A program made the translations under genes and the position numbers. From contig OZ360223.1 of assembly GCA_977017645.1 (NCBI GenBank), positions 47,368,001 through 47,432,000 of the forward strand: a stretch of DNA of 64,000 nt, in the 5' to 3' direction. The notes below the pieces were generated by a model. The model searched no databases, was not told where the DNA came from, and was given only the letters and a program-made list of their open reading frames with translations. The stretch comes from Torpedo marmorata. Its lineage: Eukaryota. Positions 14,121-26,452 of this stretch are shown here, piece after piece (the first letter of the stretch is position 1; each line of letters opens with the position of its first letter).

Positions 14121-16144
14121 CATCTTCTTCCATTTCCTGCATGTTCATGTCTAGTCCAAACAATGTTAGTAGGAAATTCAGAGTTTAGCTTTAGTGTTTA
14201 TTTGCAAATCTATTTTGATTTGATACCCACACCTATGATTTATGTCTCTCACATTTCCAGCCAACTTCTTCCTTAACTATTTTGCTTTGCTTAATTAATG
14301 GATCAGGATTTTCATGCAATTCTATCTGTGGCTGTCAGGAAACTTGGGGCTCCAGAGCAAGCATGCATGAACTTCCTGACAATATTCAATTATGTTTTAC
14401 CAACAATTGTCTAATATTGGAATCCTCATGGAATGCCAACTTGTACCAAGTTAGATCGGTTAAGGAACAGAGACATCATTCATTTCAATGGAAAATAATG
14501 GATGTGTTGACCCCAGGAAAATAACAGGCCATTGAGTTTCCTCAATTGTTTACTTAAATATTTTATGTTTTAGATTTCAATCGTTTATTTTAATTTTATT
14601 TCATTAATTTTTATTATTTTAATGTTTCAGGATATCAGAGATATTCAAAAGTAATCTTTGACAATTTTAACAGTTGGCTAAATCTGAGTTGTAGCTTATT
14701 CAGGTTGCAAAGCATTTTGTACTTCTGGCCTTGCAGCATGATACTACTTGTGTCCATGAAGTCCCACATGCACAGGATCAGGGTGGCTTCATCGAAGAAG
14801 TTGCCACAAGCAAATCTGTGGGGAAATAAACTGGCAACTGCAGGCATATTGCTAAAGGTGGGAAATTCTGGGCCAATGCTTCAGCTTCTAAAATGAAGGA
14901 CGTCCATTCAACCATTTCTCTCTGCCTTTGTTGTCCTTCCATTTTAATCCAATTATAACCATTCCCCTCTTATTTTTCAGTTGCAAAGAAGGATAAGCAC
15001 TTGAAAATTAAAACATAGCTGTTCTCTCCACAGATGCTGACTGTCTTGCAATGTGTTCCCAGCTTCCTCTTCTGGTATAAATAGTGCATGTTAGATTCAA
15101 GTATTTTTGACACATTGTTGTCTGCAAACCTGGGTTATAGAATCCTTGGCACAATATCTGTGTACCCTACATAACCTGCCCATTACATGCAATCACAAGA
15201 GTAAATAGTGTTGCTGTGATTCATGTATCAGTGGATTTTCATAAACTGTGTTTGAATGCCCTTTCAACAGAGCACTGTCTTTGTTGATGTATTTATAATG
15301 ATACATATAATTAAAAGATTTTGTATAAGACCCAATATAAAAATGTCAGGGTGAAAGGGCATTTTCAAAAATCAACAAGCAATTTCTTTTAAAAACAGTC
15401 ATCAAATCTGATCACCACATTTTGTGTTAGACTCTGTGTGACCTTTTCTAATACATATTCAACCAGCTGTCTACTTTTCCTGTTTATTTAATGATAATTA
15501 TATTCCTGCATGTAGGCATATTTCACCTTAAAGAAATCTGTTCCAAATGACATCTGTTGTGTTACTAACATACAGATATATAGTGCAGTAGAAGGGTTCC
15601 ATGCTGCCAATTAGTCATATTTAATGAAACAAGATGAAGTTGCCTTTCAAAAATATTTAACATTGATTTTTGTTTGCTCCTCTTCATAGTTTACCAGAAG
15701 TTTCTGTGTTGATTTCTAACCTCCTTTAACAAGTGATGCTTAATGACATAGTTATTGTGTACTGATTATTAACATAAAATTCTTTATTTTGCCTAATTAT
15801 TGACTTCAGATTTGGTCAATAAGCATTCCAGAACAGTAGAAATTATGCTGACCAATTTGTAGATTACAAAGAGGAACATCTTACTGTTTATGTGTTTTGT
15901 ATGCAAAGCTTTTACAATTTAATCTATTTGATATAAAATGTCTTGGGGACTTAAACCACAAGCAAAGTGTTTTGCTGGATGTTCTGTTGTCTTTTCTTTT
16001 ATTGTTCTTTTTACTTTGCTTGAACCCATGTACTTTGAATGACTCTACCTGCTGCTAGGTTAGGGCTCCTATCTGCTTTCCTAAGCCTTGTTGCTAGTCT
16101 TTATGTTGTTCTGGTTTGTTCCTTCTTACCCTGCTAACTTCTAG

Positions 16145-16156
16145 CTGGATTAAAGG
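16145..16156 (+). CDS. CADPS: CADPS 12-nt microexon (S-G-L-K-D junction)
   Basis: ctgctaacttctag|CTGGATTAAAGG|gtaagt; phase 1-1; gives QF-SGLKD-ADRAQ, as recalled from mammalian CAPS1 isoforms. Confidence 0.88.
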
Positions 16157-19100
16157 GTAAGTGCTTCCCTGTAGCTGGCACAGGTCAGATAATCAGCAGT
16201 GATTATCTGACAAATGCAATGTGTTTTTTTCTTCTCAAATCTCTCATGTTTAGAATTATATAGTTTAATACTTATGTTTCCTGAATTTAGGTTTGACATG
16301 AAAGCTTCCATACTGCAAATCCAGATGCATGCGGTATTTGCATAATTGCCCTCTCTCTGGCTTTTATATTATGGTCAAAGGCTCCTCCTAGTAAGACTTG
16401 AATGATTCTTAACATTTTCTAACCTCCATGCAATGTAAATGTGGATTAACATCACAAAAGACATCAGTAATATATTTGTTCAATTATCTCTACAGCTAAT
16501 TGACTGTGTAATGCTTGAAAACAGATTGCCTTGCACAATGATATCATAATGCCTGTTTCTTCACAGCAATGATTAGCACCACTGTGGTAATTATAGTCTA
16601 CTGCCAGGATAAGCAGAACAAATAAACTCCACATTTATTTACAAGCTCTGGTTTTCTGTATTCTTTCCATACTTATTGAACAACATGTGTTGTATCACAT
16701 GAATGTTAGTATGTAAAGTGTTTAAAATGTGTGGAAACAGAGGTATTATGAGATTGCACTAAATTAGCCTTTGGTAATCATTCTAATACTTTGAAAGTAT
16801 TAGCAATCCCAACATTCTTGAATGAGAATTTGTTCAATAATAGAGTACAGCCCTTTTTTATTAGTTCACCAACTTCATCCCAAAAAATGTCATTTCATTT
16901 AGATTAGAACATATTATGGATTAGAATATCCAAAAAATTGGTATGTAAAATGGCACTGATTTATTAAAATCCACTCCAGTAAATTCTGTTACTGATGTCC
17001 AGCACAGCATTTAAGCAAAGGAATCACACACAAATTTTGATTTGAGAAGTTACTGCATGGAGTTTAGTAATACAGGTTTTACTCACTGGAGACACTTGCA
17101 AAGGTTGTGGGAGTTGGCAAATATGTATTTGGAGTATTCCAAGTGCAGTACTGAGGAGTAGATGATGCCATCCCTCCTTATCATGGATAATACTCCTGTT
17201 TACTCATAGACTTAACGTTGGATAACAGGCAGAAAATACCAGAACTTAAGACAGACCTTATTTCTTTCTGTTTGATGCCTGACAAATATTCTGTATTTTG
17301 TTTTCTTTTGCTGTAGTTCAGTTTTGGTGGAAATACAGGGTAATTGTAAAACTCCGAAAGGTGTGTCTTGTTCCCATGTAATGAAAAACATAAGCCAGTA
17401 TTCTTGTATTTGCACCAAACTCTGTTGCTATCCTATTAGATTGATTTGGTAGTTTTGTATGCTTAACTGCTACATATTTTATCATCTATACACTGCTGTA
17501 AATTTTTAGTATTTTCAAATTGCAATTGCTACATTTGAGGAATGCAGTTCCACAATCTAGTGAATTTAATCAATTCACTTTCTGTGCATGTTTCCCCCTT
17601 AACTGCAGTACACTATAAGCCACTTGAAAGTTACTGATCAAATGCATGAGCGACTAATATATAATTTTACAAATTCATATACCGGTAATTCAATTTTATC
17701 AATATTTGTGAAATAAGGAAAGATTTTAAATAAGTTTTCCTCAAAATATAAATCAATATTAAATGCAGAGTCAGTCTGCCCCTGTTTGTGACGACTTTGG
17801 AAAAACTGCTGGCTATCTGTTCAGCCTCACATTTAAAAAAAAAATTTGCATTGTTACTTAAAGAACGCTACTTTTAGTTCCATGAAGAATCCAAATAAAA
17901 TTAACATTTCCTGGCCCATTAGGAAATGATGGTGTCCTGCAGTATGCCCGTCATGTTCTTGTTGTGTGCCTTTATCGAATGCTGGGATGGGACAAGGAGA
18001 ATGTCATCCAGGCCAACAACATGTATTTTAATAAGACATTAGAAATATGACATCATAGTTTTGTTTCCATATTTTAATTGTTTGATGAATTTGTAAATCT
18101 CTTTGATGGTGAATAGACAAAGGTATGTATCTTTGATACTTACATTTTAAAATGCTGAAATATAATGCAGATCAGTTACTCATTAGAGCTTCAGTCCCCA
18201 CAGAATATTCTCGCAGCCAGAATCTGAAAATGGATAGCTGCCATCAATCATTGTCAATTCTTCTTTTCACTTCTCCAGCTGAGGTTGACTAGTGTCATTG
18301 TTTGTTATTGTCCAAAACGGATCTTCATTCTTTTAACGTCAAAGAGATATGACATGTGTGTATTTACCAGAGGACTGAGATAGAAAGTCACCTTTTTCAT
18401 GTCTGACATCTCATTTGGAACTTTCTGAAGGGAATGTTAATAGATTTGTCTGACATTAATTGTTTCAAAGCTGCTAACAAGCTATAAAGAACTGCAAAAG
18501 AAAATTGGCTGTATTTATTATATTAAAAAGATTAATGTTAAGTTGAATGATTTATAAATTAAAGATTTATATTATTTTCACATTCTCTAATGTCCATAAG
18601 ATTTCGTTTGTCCGTTTTTTGTCAATCTACTGTAACAATATCATGAATATGTAATCCGTTATTTTTGTTTTTAGGGACTGATAAGGATCAGTCATTAAAC
18701 AGATTATGGCATAAGAACCCACACTGGAGCAGTGCAGTTTAACTTACTACACATTAAAAGATTTTAATTAATTTACAGAACACTCTTACATTGACTAATT
18801 GTGAAGTCTGTTATTCAGTAGCCAATATGCCATGCTTAAATGGGGAATTTGGTACAGCTGATAATTAGCAGATAATTGCTGTATTTTACAAACATACCAT
18901 TCGTAATTTACTTTAAAGATATAAAATTATAAACTAATTTTAATGTTTAAGATTCACAAAGTGAATAGCTCAGCATTCCAGCACAGTCAACAGATTCACT
19001 TCTAACATTATTAAATGAATAGAATGTGAAGAATTGTAGTGAATATCTTTACTGCAGTTTTTCACATTTTCTATTGTCTCTTAGAACTAGTGATTTGTTA

Positions 19101-21054
19101 GTCTGCAAAATGCATTCTTTGACTCTTTTTATAGTTGATCAGCTGGAATCATGCTCCCTCCTTTAGACTGCAGTGATATTTCTGCATCAAAATAAAGTGC
19201 AATATAATTAATTGGTTCAGAGACCTCAATGTCTTAACAAATGATTTGCAATTTCATTTATTTACTAACTTTTCTTATCATAATATTAGCAATTGATTAT
19301 TTGGTAAAACTAATATTGAATCGATTCAGTTTTGAAACCTGTAAAGGGGAACATGGCCTCAAAGGATTATTTATTTCTGAAATATACAAATAGAACCCAT
19401 AATCTAGAGAAGTCATTTTTATGCTGTACCTTGGGATTACAATATCAACAGCAAATTTCAGTCACGTGATCCAGTTTCTGACAATAACAAAATGAAATTG
19501 TACTAACCTTACCACCATTTTGATTGGTGCTGGAGAGCTATACATACAATATATTCAAAAATGAGTTTGCCTTTCAGTAAGAATAAGTCTAATTCCCTCA
19601 CAGTTTTTGTAGTTGTGGCTCTTTGCAGACTAAGGGGTCTTTAACTGCAATGTTGAAGCATGAGCCTGCATCATTACTGTCCACAATGAATTGTTTGTTC
19701 ACTCAACACTTAGATGTTAAACTATTAGATTGCCGTATGTTATGGTGTTAAAAATATCTTTATCTGAATTTCAACATTCTTCAATATTTAGTTTGACATT
19801 ATGACTCCAATGTTGGATGAAGAATGCTGATATTAATTCAATTTATGGAATATTACCAACAATTAAAGTAGATCATATTAATGTAAATGCTGATCAAATT
19901 CAAAAACATTTGATGAGGGAAGATTTTATCTCCTAAACATTAGATAACAGAATACTGAAAATTAATTGCATTTCACCTTTTAACATTTGAATTAGGGCAT
20001 TATCTTTTCTTCTTGATGAGTTGTTGAACTTTTTATTGTCTAACACTTTAAAAAGATATTTCTTTTCTATTATTTTAATATTTATTAAAAAAATAGAATA
20101 AAAACACAAAAAGGACAGGAACTCATTGTCAGTGGTAATATTTATTCACTTTAAATTGGAAAATGTTAACTCATTTTGAACCAAAAAATTTTTATTTTAC
20201 AAATTGAATCATTACTTCATTATTAATAAACCTACGTCTAAACAGAATCATACTCTTAACCATTAATAATTCTTGACAAAAATCATTTATATTGAGCATA
20301 ATACTAAAGCACTCATACTTGGGGAAACACAAATGGATAATCCACGTATCTAAAGGCTAGGAATTACACAAAAGAATGGTAGGAAAGAGACCAATTTTAA
20401 AAATACACTTTAACATTTGGCTAGGATTTGAAAAATAGTTCCTATATACAAGAAACTGTGAAACCTGACCTAACTTTGATTGAAACTTTTAAGACATTAT
20501 CAATATCTAGAGCAATCTGACCACGCCCAGAATGGTTTCTATTTTTGTTTCTTTTGCTGATTTTAATATTTTAGCTCAGTATGTTGAGATTAATTAGTTA
20601 CACCCTTGGTTCTTCTGCCTACAGTTTGAATAGAAAGCATGAATGCCCCAACTTCATTAATTCATAGCAAATAGCAGATTGTAACCTTGCTGTGCCAGTC
20701 CTTTCTGTCTTTTTGTTTAGTTGGACAGACGTAGCGTCAGACTGCTTTCCATTTTGAATCCATTTTAATTCACAAAGAAGAATTCTGAATGACTTCATTG
20801 CATTTATTGTCATCCATAGTTTTTCAGCCAGTCTCTTGCTTCTATCTCTTGTAAAGGTTAGAATAATCATGTTTTACTGATGCCATAAATTTGACAAAAA
20901 TAACTTTGCTCACCAAAATTGTATTCATATGCATTTAAATTATTCCAATCCATGTCACCCTTCTGCTGATTATATTGTTATATTTTGCCTGCTATTCACC
21001 TCTGCTCCACTCTCTTTAACCTTATTAATAAATGCGATTGGGTGTATGGAACAG

Positions 21055-21099
21055 ACAAGCAAAGATGTCAGTGCAATTCTGCGGACAATCCACTAGGAG
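21055..21099 (+). CDS. CADPS: Candidate 45-nt CADPS cassette exon ((Y/D)KQRCQCNSADNPLG(D))
   Basis: First AG after a ~190-nt AG-free zone (20862-21052); GAG|gtacac donor; phase 1-1, open frame; no protein homology recognised. Confidence 0.45.
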
Positions 21100-21911
21100 G
21101 TACACTTGATCAAAAAGCATGGACATTCAGACATATGCAGATCCACAAATTTCTCCACCATATCCTAATATTTCTCATCCCCTTCCCTCACAACTGTCAT
21201 CCTCTGGACTGTTCAGCATCACAGTTTTGGATACCCATGGTTTGCCATTTTATTTGAGTTAATATATTTCTGCATAATTCATTGTGGAAGTACAAATAAG
21301 GAACCATAATATAATGTCTAAGTATTCACTAACAATATTTGAAATCTGGTTTCAGTACAGTTTCCCAGGACAGGACTGAGCCTGAGGATGGTTTGATTTC
21401 TTGCTTTGCAACAGCATATTACTTCCAAGACTGACTATGTTGTGAAACAAATATGATTCCATTTTTGTAATATCCAGTATGAACTCTTTCAACAAAAGTA
21501 ATTTTGTTTAATTTATCAGAATTAAAATTTGATATAAAAACTCGGGTGACAAAAATGGATCAACAATGTCTGTTTTACTAATTTTTGTGATGCATAGTGC
21601 CAAGACAATCCTTTATTAAAATCTGAACAAAAATTGCATTCTGTGGAATGGCAGAATCTATTGTGAAAGGACCAGTATTAATTAATTTGATTGGTACTTA
21701 GTGGGAATTATGTGATATTACACTAAATATGAGGACAGTAATCCAGAAGGAAAATCTATTGCATGACAACTTTTTGGAAAGGAAGAAATTAAAAAAAATA
21801 ATTTTGGTGAGAGTAATTAGCCATGAGTGGGATAATAGGGCAGGTGTTGATTGATGGCTTTGTAGCCATTCTCTAAGTATGGCCTTTTCTCTATATGTGC
21901 CTGGTAAACAG

Positions 21912-22048
21912 ATGCAGACAGAGCTCAGAAACATGGAATGGATGAATTTATCTCTGCCAATCCTTGTACGTTTGATCACGCAACGCTCTTTGAAACACTA
22001 CAAAGGTTGACATTAGACCACAGGCTTAATGATTCCTATTCCTGTTTG
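21912..22048 (+). CDS. CADPS: CADPS core exon ([14 protein letters not shown]...NDSYSCL)
   Basis: aacag acceptor, gtaagc donor, translation matches CAPS1. Confidence 0.97.
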
Positions 22049-23981
22049 GTAAGCATATTGCTGATTTATAATGATTTCAGAATAGTTAGAGTTGTATGTG
22101 AGCTGGTATTTCACATATCTGACATAAAAGGCAGTGTCTGAGCTATACCAACCAAAATTATTTGCAAATTAACTGGCAACATAAACATTCCTCCTTAACT
22201 CTGAGTGACTTGAGCTTTGTTACAGGGCATGGTTGCCATTTGCTCAAACTGGAAGTTCCTATACAAGGTTTGGGCTTTCTTTCTATACTCCCTTCCCTTC
22301 CCCCCACCCCCCCATGTTGGGAGGAAAACTGAGGGAATGTGCTGTTGGCTTTATCTAGAACTTTGATTTCTCTTAGACATGCTCCTGTTCCCTACCTGCT
22401 GAATGCAACATTTCAAGGCTCCATGTTATGCACTGGTACATTGCTCACTGGAACCAGCAGGTAAAAGCTGGCATGAAACTCCCAACTGTCAATGGACAGG
22501 CTTGGACATCTCCTGACAGACACTTATGCCTAGTAATGGCCCCACTCTCCCCTGGTTTCATTCACCTTATCAGCTAGGAATTGTCCTGGTCTTGCCTGTT
22601 TTTGCTACAGTCTTACAACTTGTTCTGTCTATTTAAATAAATCTCCCATCTCTCAGTGGCCAGGGCAGCAGACAGCCACAAATGGGTGGGGCAATGAGCT
22701 GGGAAATTAAAGGGTTCTCACCTGGGTTGGACAGTGAATGGAAATCCAGGTGGCTAATGCAAATTCTTTGCATTTTCTTCTTTTGGGATAATCGAAATAT
22801 AGAAAAATATTTGTTAAAATATAGTTGTGAAAAATGATCATGTAAATGGTTCTCTTTCCCTCCCATACCCCCACTCCCCACCTTTAAATACAAATGCCAT
22901 CAGCTCTCCTCTTTTAGAATTAAAACTCTTCTTTGCACTTTCTGATGTGGCTTCCTGGATCTATGCCTCTTTCTTCCCCCTCCTTACATTGAACATGATC
23001 TGTGCAAAGGAGCTGAGACTCTCACCATGATGCATAATTCCTACCAGATGTCCATTTTACCTGTCACTTTGGCTACTTCAATAGCGCTGGAGATTTGATT
23101 GATGTCATTTTCAGAGGATTGTAGGTGGGCAAGGAGTTCATCTTAAATATGTAAATTAAGGCCACATATTGAATTTCAGGAACAGATAGGCAGTTAGTTC
23201 CAGCTTCCAAACAACCTAAATAAAGCTCAAGATAGGGTCACTAATCCACAAAAAATAGTTCAGCACCAGGATTTAAATTTGTGTAGGTTTTGGGAAAGCA
23301 TCCCTGCTCCATTAAAAACACCCTGCATTCCATTGTCAACTCATGCACATCCATACCCTCAGCCGCCACCAAGATCCCTCCCTCTGCCTTCCTCGGGATT
23401 AGCTTTCCCTTTTATACCTGAAGGTCCACATGAGCCCTTCATCCCAGTGAGGTGAAGTGCAGATTTCAATTCTCGCTTGCATCTCCACGTTCAAATATTT
23501 CTGAAATATTTTTGTGCCCTTAATTCTGACCACAAGTAATGCCAACATCATGCCTATTCTAGACGGAATTTAAAAACCCTTGCCTCCCACCCAGCACAAA
23601 ATCTCTTCTCCGCAATCTGTAAACACCTGGTAAAATGATTTGGGTCATCTCAATCCTGTTTATTTTGGGTATTTATAAATAAAAGCATAAATGAAGCTTT
23701 ATTTTACAAATCGGTCTGTCACAATAGTGCATTGTATCCAAAATGATAAATTATTCTGTTCCTGGTGTTAAATTCTTCATATTGATGCCCACAAACCTTT
23801 GTCCCTCAAAAATCTGTTATTGTTTTGCTTATAGCTCATTTTTCAAATCATATATTTATACATAATTACAATTTTTAATTGATTCATCTGTTTCTTATAT
23901 TGTTGTATTCTGTGGAATTAGTTTATGTCATTGACTATTTATAAAATCTTTCCTGTTGAATTTTGGATTTCTGCTTCACAG

Positions 23982-24169
23982 GGCTGGTTTAGTCCGGGCC
24001 AAGTGTTCGTTCTGGATGAATACTGTGCCCGTTATGGAACCAGAGGCTGTCACAGACATCTCTGCTACCTCAATGATTTGCTTGAAAGGGCTGAAAATGG
24101 AGCAATGATTGACCCAACCTTACTTCATTACAGCTTTGCCTTCTGTGCTTCACATGTTCATGGCAACAG
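23982..24169 (+). CDS. CADPS: CADPS core exon ([17 protein letters not shown]...HVHGNR)
   Basis: cacag acceptor, gtaggt donor, highly conserved CAPS peptide. Confidence 0.98.
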
Positions 24170-24604
24170 GTAGGTTTGTTAACACATGAGATCAAGGTTA
24201 TTGGGGATAAGTATTGACAGCTCAATATTTGTCAGCATTACACAAGAGGACTGCAACAAGATCTTTTCCATGCACTTGTTGTATCCATATTTTCTATTCC
24301 ATGCTGGTGTGGTGTAAGTACAGCAATATCTTTCTCTTTTTATCTTGCTTTATTTATAACCAATCCATTTATTCAGGCTAGCATGAGCAGAAGTTACAAG
24401 TAGTTGAATATTCAATTAAAGTTTAAAATGGTCATGTGGTGGGAGTGAATCCCACGAGTGTTTGTAGCCAGATGTAACACAATAAATATTGCCAACCCTA
24501 GAAATTGGAGGGAAAATGCAGCTGTTTTACTGTGTATTCATATCTTCAAACGTACCAGGAAGACAGACTGGACAATATAACAGAAAAAATTCTGTTTTAT
24601 TCAT

Positions 24605-24920
24605 TTTATTTTTGGGATGTTGGGGCTGTTGGCAAGCCCTATTCCTGACAATTTGACTATGTGATGGTGAGCTATCTTCTAGAATCAATACAGTCCTGTG
24701 GTGAAGATATTCCTACAATGGCGCAGGATAAAGAGTTGCAGGATTTGGATAGAGCAATGATGAAGGAATGGAGATGTATTTCCTGGTCGGGATGGTGTCC
24801 AACTTGGAAGGAAACCAACAAGTGGTGGTGTTTCCATACGCTTGAAGTCCTTGTCCTAGTTGGTGCTGAAGGTCATGGGTTTGAGAGATGCTTCAAGAAC
24901 AGACTTTGCAAGTAACTGCA
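24605..24920. mobile_element. Degraded LINE-like repeat fragment (family uncertain)
   Basis: Similar to 53735-54180 (gatgaaggaatgg...atttcc...gtc.ggatggtgt). Confidence 0.45.
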
Positions 24921-25283
24921 GTAGTTTTAATGCTTCTGTGCATGATCTGACACGACAGGTTAATGTTATTTCAGTCAGGTATCATACAATACTCTCTGTA
25001 TGCCGCCATATCATTTTATATTTAAATGTTAACTTGCTGTTGGATTCAGGCAACACTGCATAATGCATACAGATTCAATGGAAAATCCAGTATGCATCTC
25101 ATTTTAGTTGATTTTTTTTAATGATTGCAACTCTTGATTTGGGGGGGCTTGCGTTAATTTTAGTTTTCTGTTACTTTGTTTTCGTGTTTTTCTTTTGTTT
25201 CTTGTACTTTGATTTTTCTTTATTTCTTTCATGCTTCCTTGGTTCTGTTTCTGGCTTTCTGAAAAAAAAACTATCCGTTAAAG

Positions 25284-25454
25284 TGTGAAAGTGCCAGAAT
25301 TGTTTGTGTCACAGCCAAGTATAGATGGTGAGGGCAACAAATCACTCAATTCCTCAGCAAATGAGCCAGAGAGTGACTCAAAAAAGGAGAGAAAGGAGTC
25401 TAGAAAAGGTTCTAGAAAGGAATCCAAGATGCAACAAAAGCCTGAGCCTAAAAG
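25284..25454 (+). CDS. CADPS: CADPS 171-nt charged cassette exon (SVKVPELF...DGEGNK...EPESDSKKERKESRK...PEPKR)
   Basis: Phase 2-2 open frame, strong AAG|gtaagt donor, ~120-nt AG-free pyrimidine tract upstream; resembles the Lys/Glu/Ser-rich alternative exon recalled at this position in mammalian CADPS. Confidence 0.8.
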
Positions 25455-26180
25455 GTAAGTGCATTTTGTGGACAGATAATATGACAAGATTTATAATTTA
25501 TATCAAAAAGAAAAGTGATAGCATCTGTTTCTGTATGTATATATTTTTCTTTCTTTGGCTTGATATTTTGCATAATTTCCTATCTCTTGCCAATCTTGCA
25601 ATATATAAATCATATATCATTCATAAAAATATATTTTGAGCTTGTTGCTCTTTAGCTGGCCTTGATAAGATGTGCGATTAGTCTCAGATTCTCATGATTA
25701 GATCTTTCATATCTGCTCTATGCCGAGCTAGGACACTTAGCACCTCAGAGATGCTATGTAAAGAAATATAAAGAGAGAACAAATTATTGGTCTAGTTTCC
25801 AGAATGTCTAAACAGTCAAGCAAGTCTTTTATTCACTTAATCTCCAAGATGATTTTAAACATTCTATATGAGATGTTGTATAAAAGTTGCTTTTAAAAGA
25901 TAAAGGAAACCTTTTGTAACTGAAGCCTTTACGACTGGAATAACACTTCCAAGGCTGTCTATATGGTCACTAAGCCAACTTCAGGTGCCAATGTTTTATT
26001 TTACAATTGAACTTTTAAATAAATGTAACATAAAAGCCTAAAATGTGTATGGAATGTTCATGCTGGCAATTCACCAGACTTCTAACAGAAATCTTGATGT
26101 TAGTGCTGAAGTTGTGGACACTAAAAATGGAACAAAGGTAGAGCTGAAAGTTGGACTTTAACCTGTTTCTTATTTATTCA

Positions 26181-26286
26181 AATGCTGGAGAACTCAGCAG
26201 GTCAAACAGTGTCTTTTATGTAGCAAAGGTAGAAATACATAACCGACGTTACTTCAACCACGGTGTCTACAGATTTTCGTGTTTAC
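26181..26286. mobile_element. 106-bp 5'-inverted Penelope-like mini-insertion with 14-bp TSD
   Basis: TSD ttcttatttattca at 26167-26180 and 26287-26300; inverted segment plus direct tail, both near-identical to 33112-33229. Confidence 0.9.
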
Positions 26287-26401
26287 TTCTTATTTATTCA
26301 CACTGATTGTTGCCTTTGTATCCAAAGTCAAAAGCACTTGTACATTTGGAGATTCACTGAAGTAAATGAAATGATATTTAATCATAAATGATGTGCATAA
26401 C

Positions 26402-26452
26402 ATTTATATTTATATATGTATATATACATATACACACACACACACACACATG
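26402..26452. repeat. (TA)n/(CA)n microsatellite
   Basis: Directly visible. Confidence 0.85.

Noticed and set aside
25315-25454. Alternative cacag acceptor for the charged cassette exon
   Set aside because: Incompatible with the phase-2 upstream donor (immediate TAG stop); could only yield an NMD isoform
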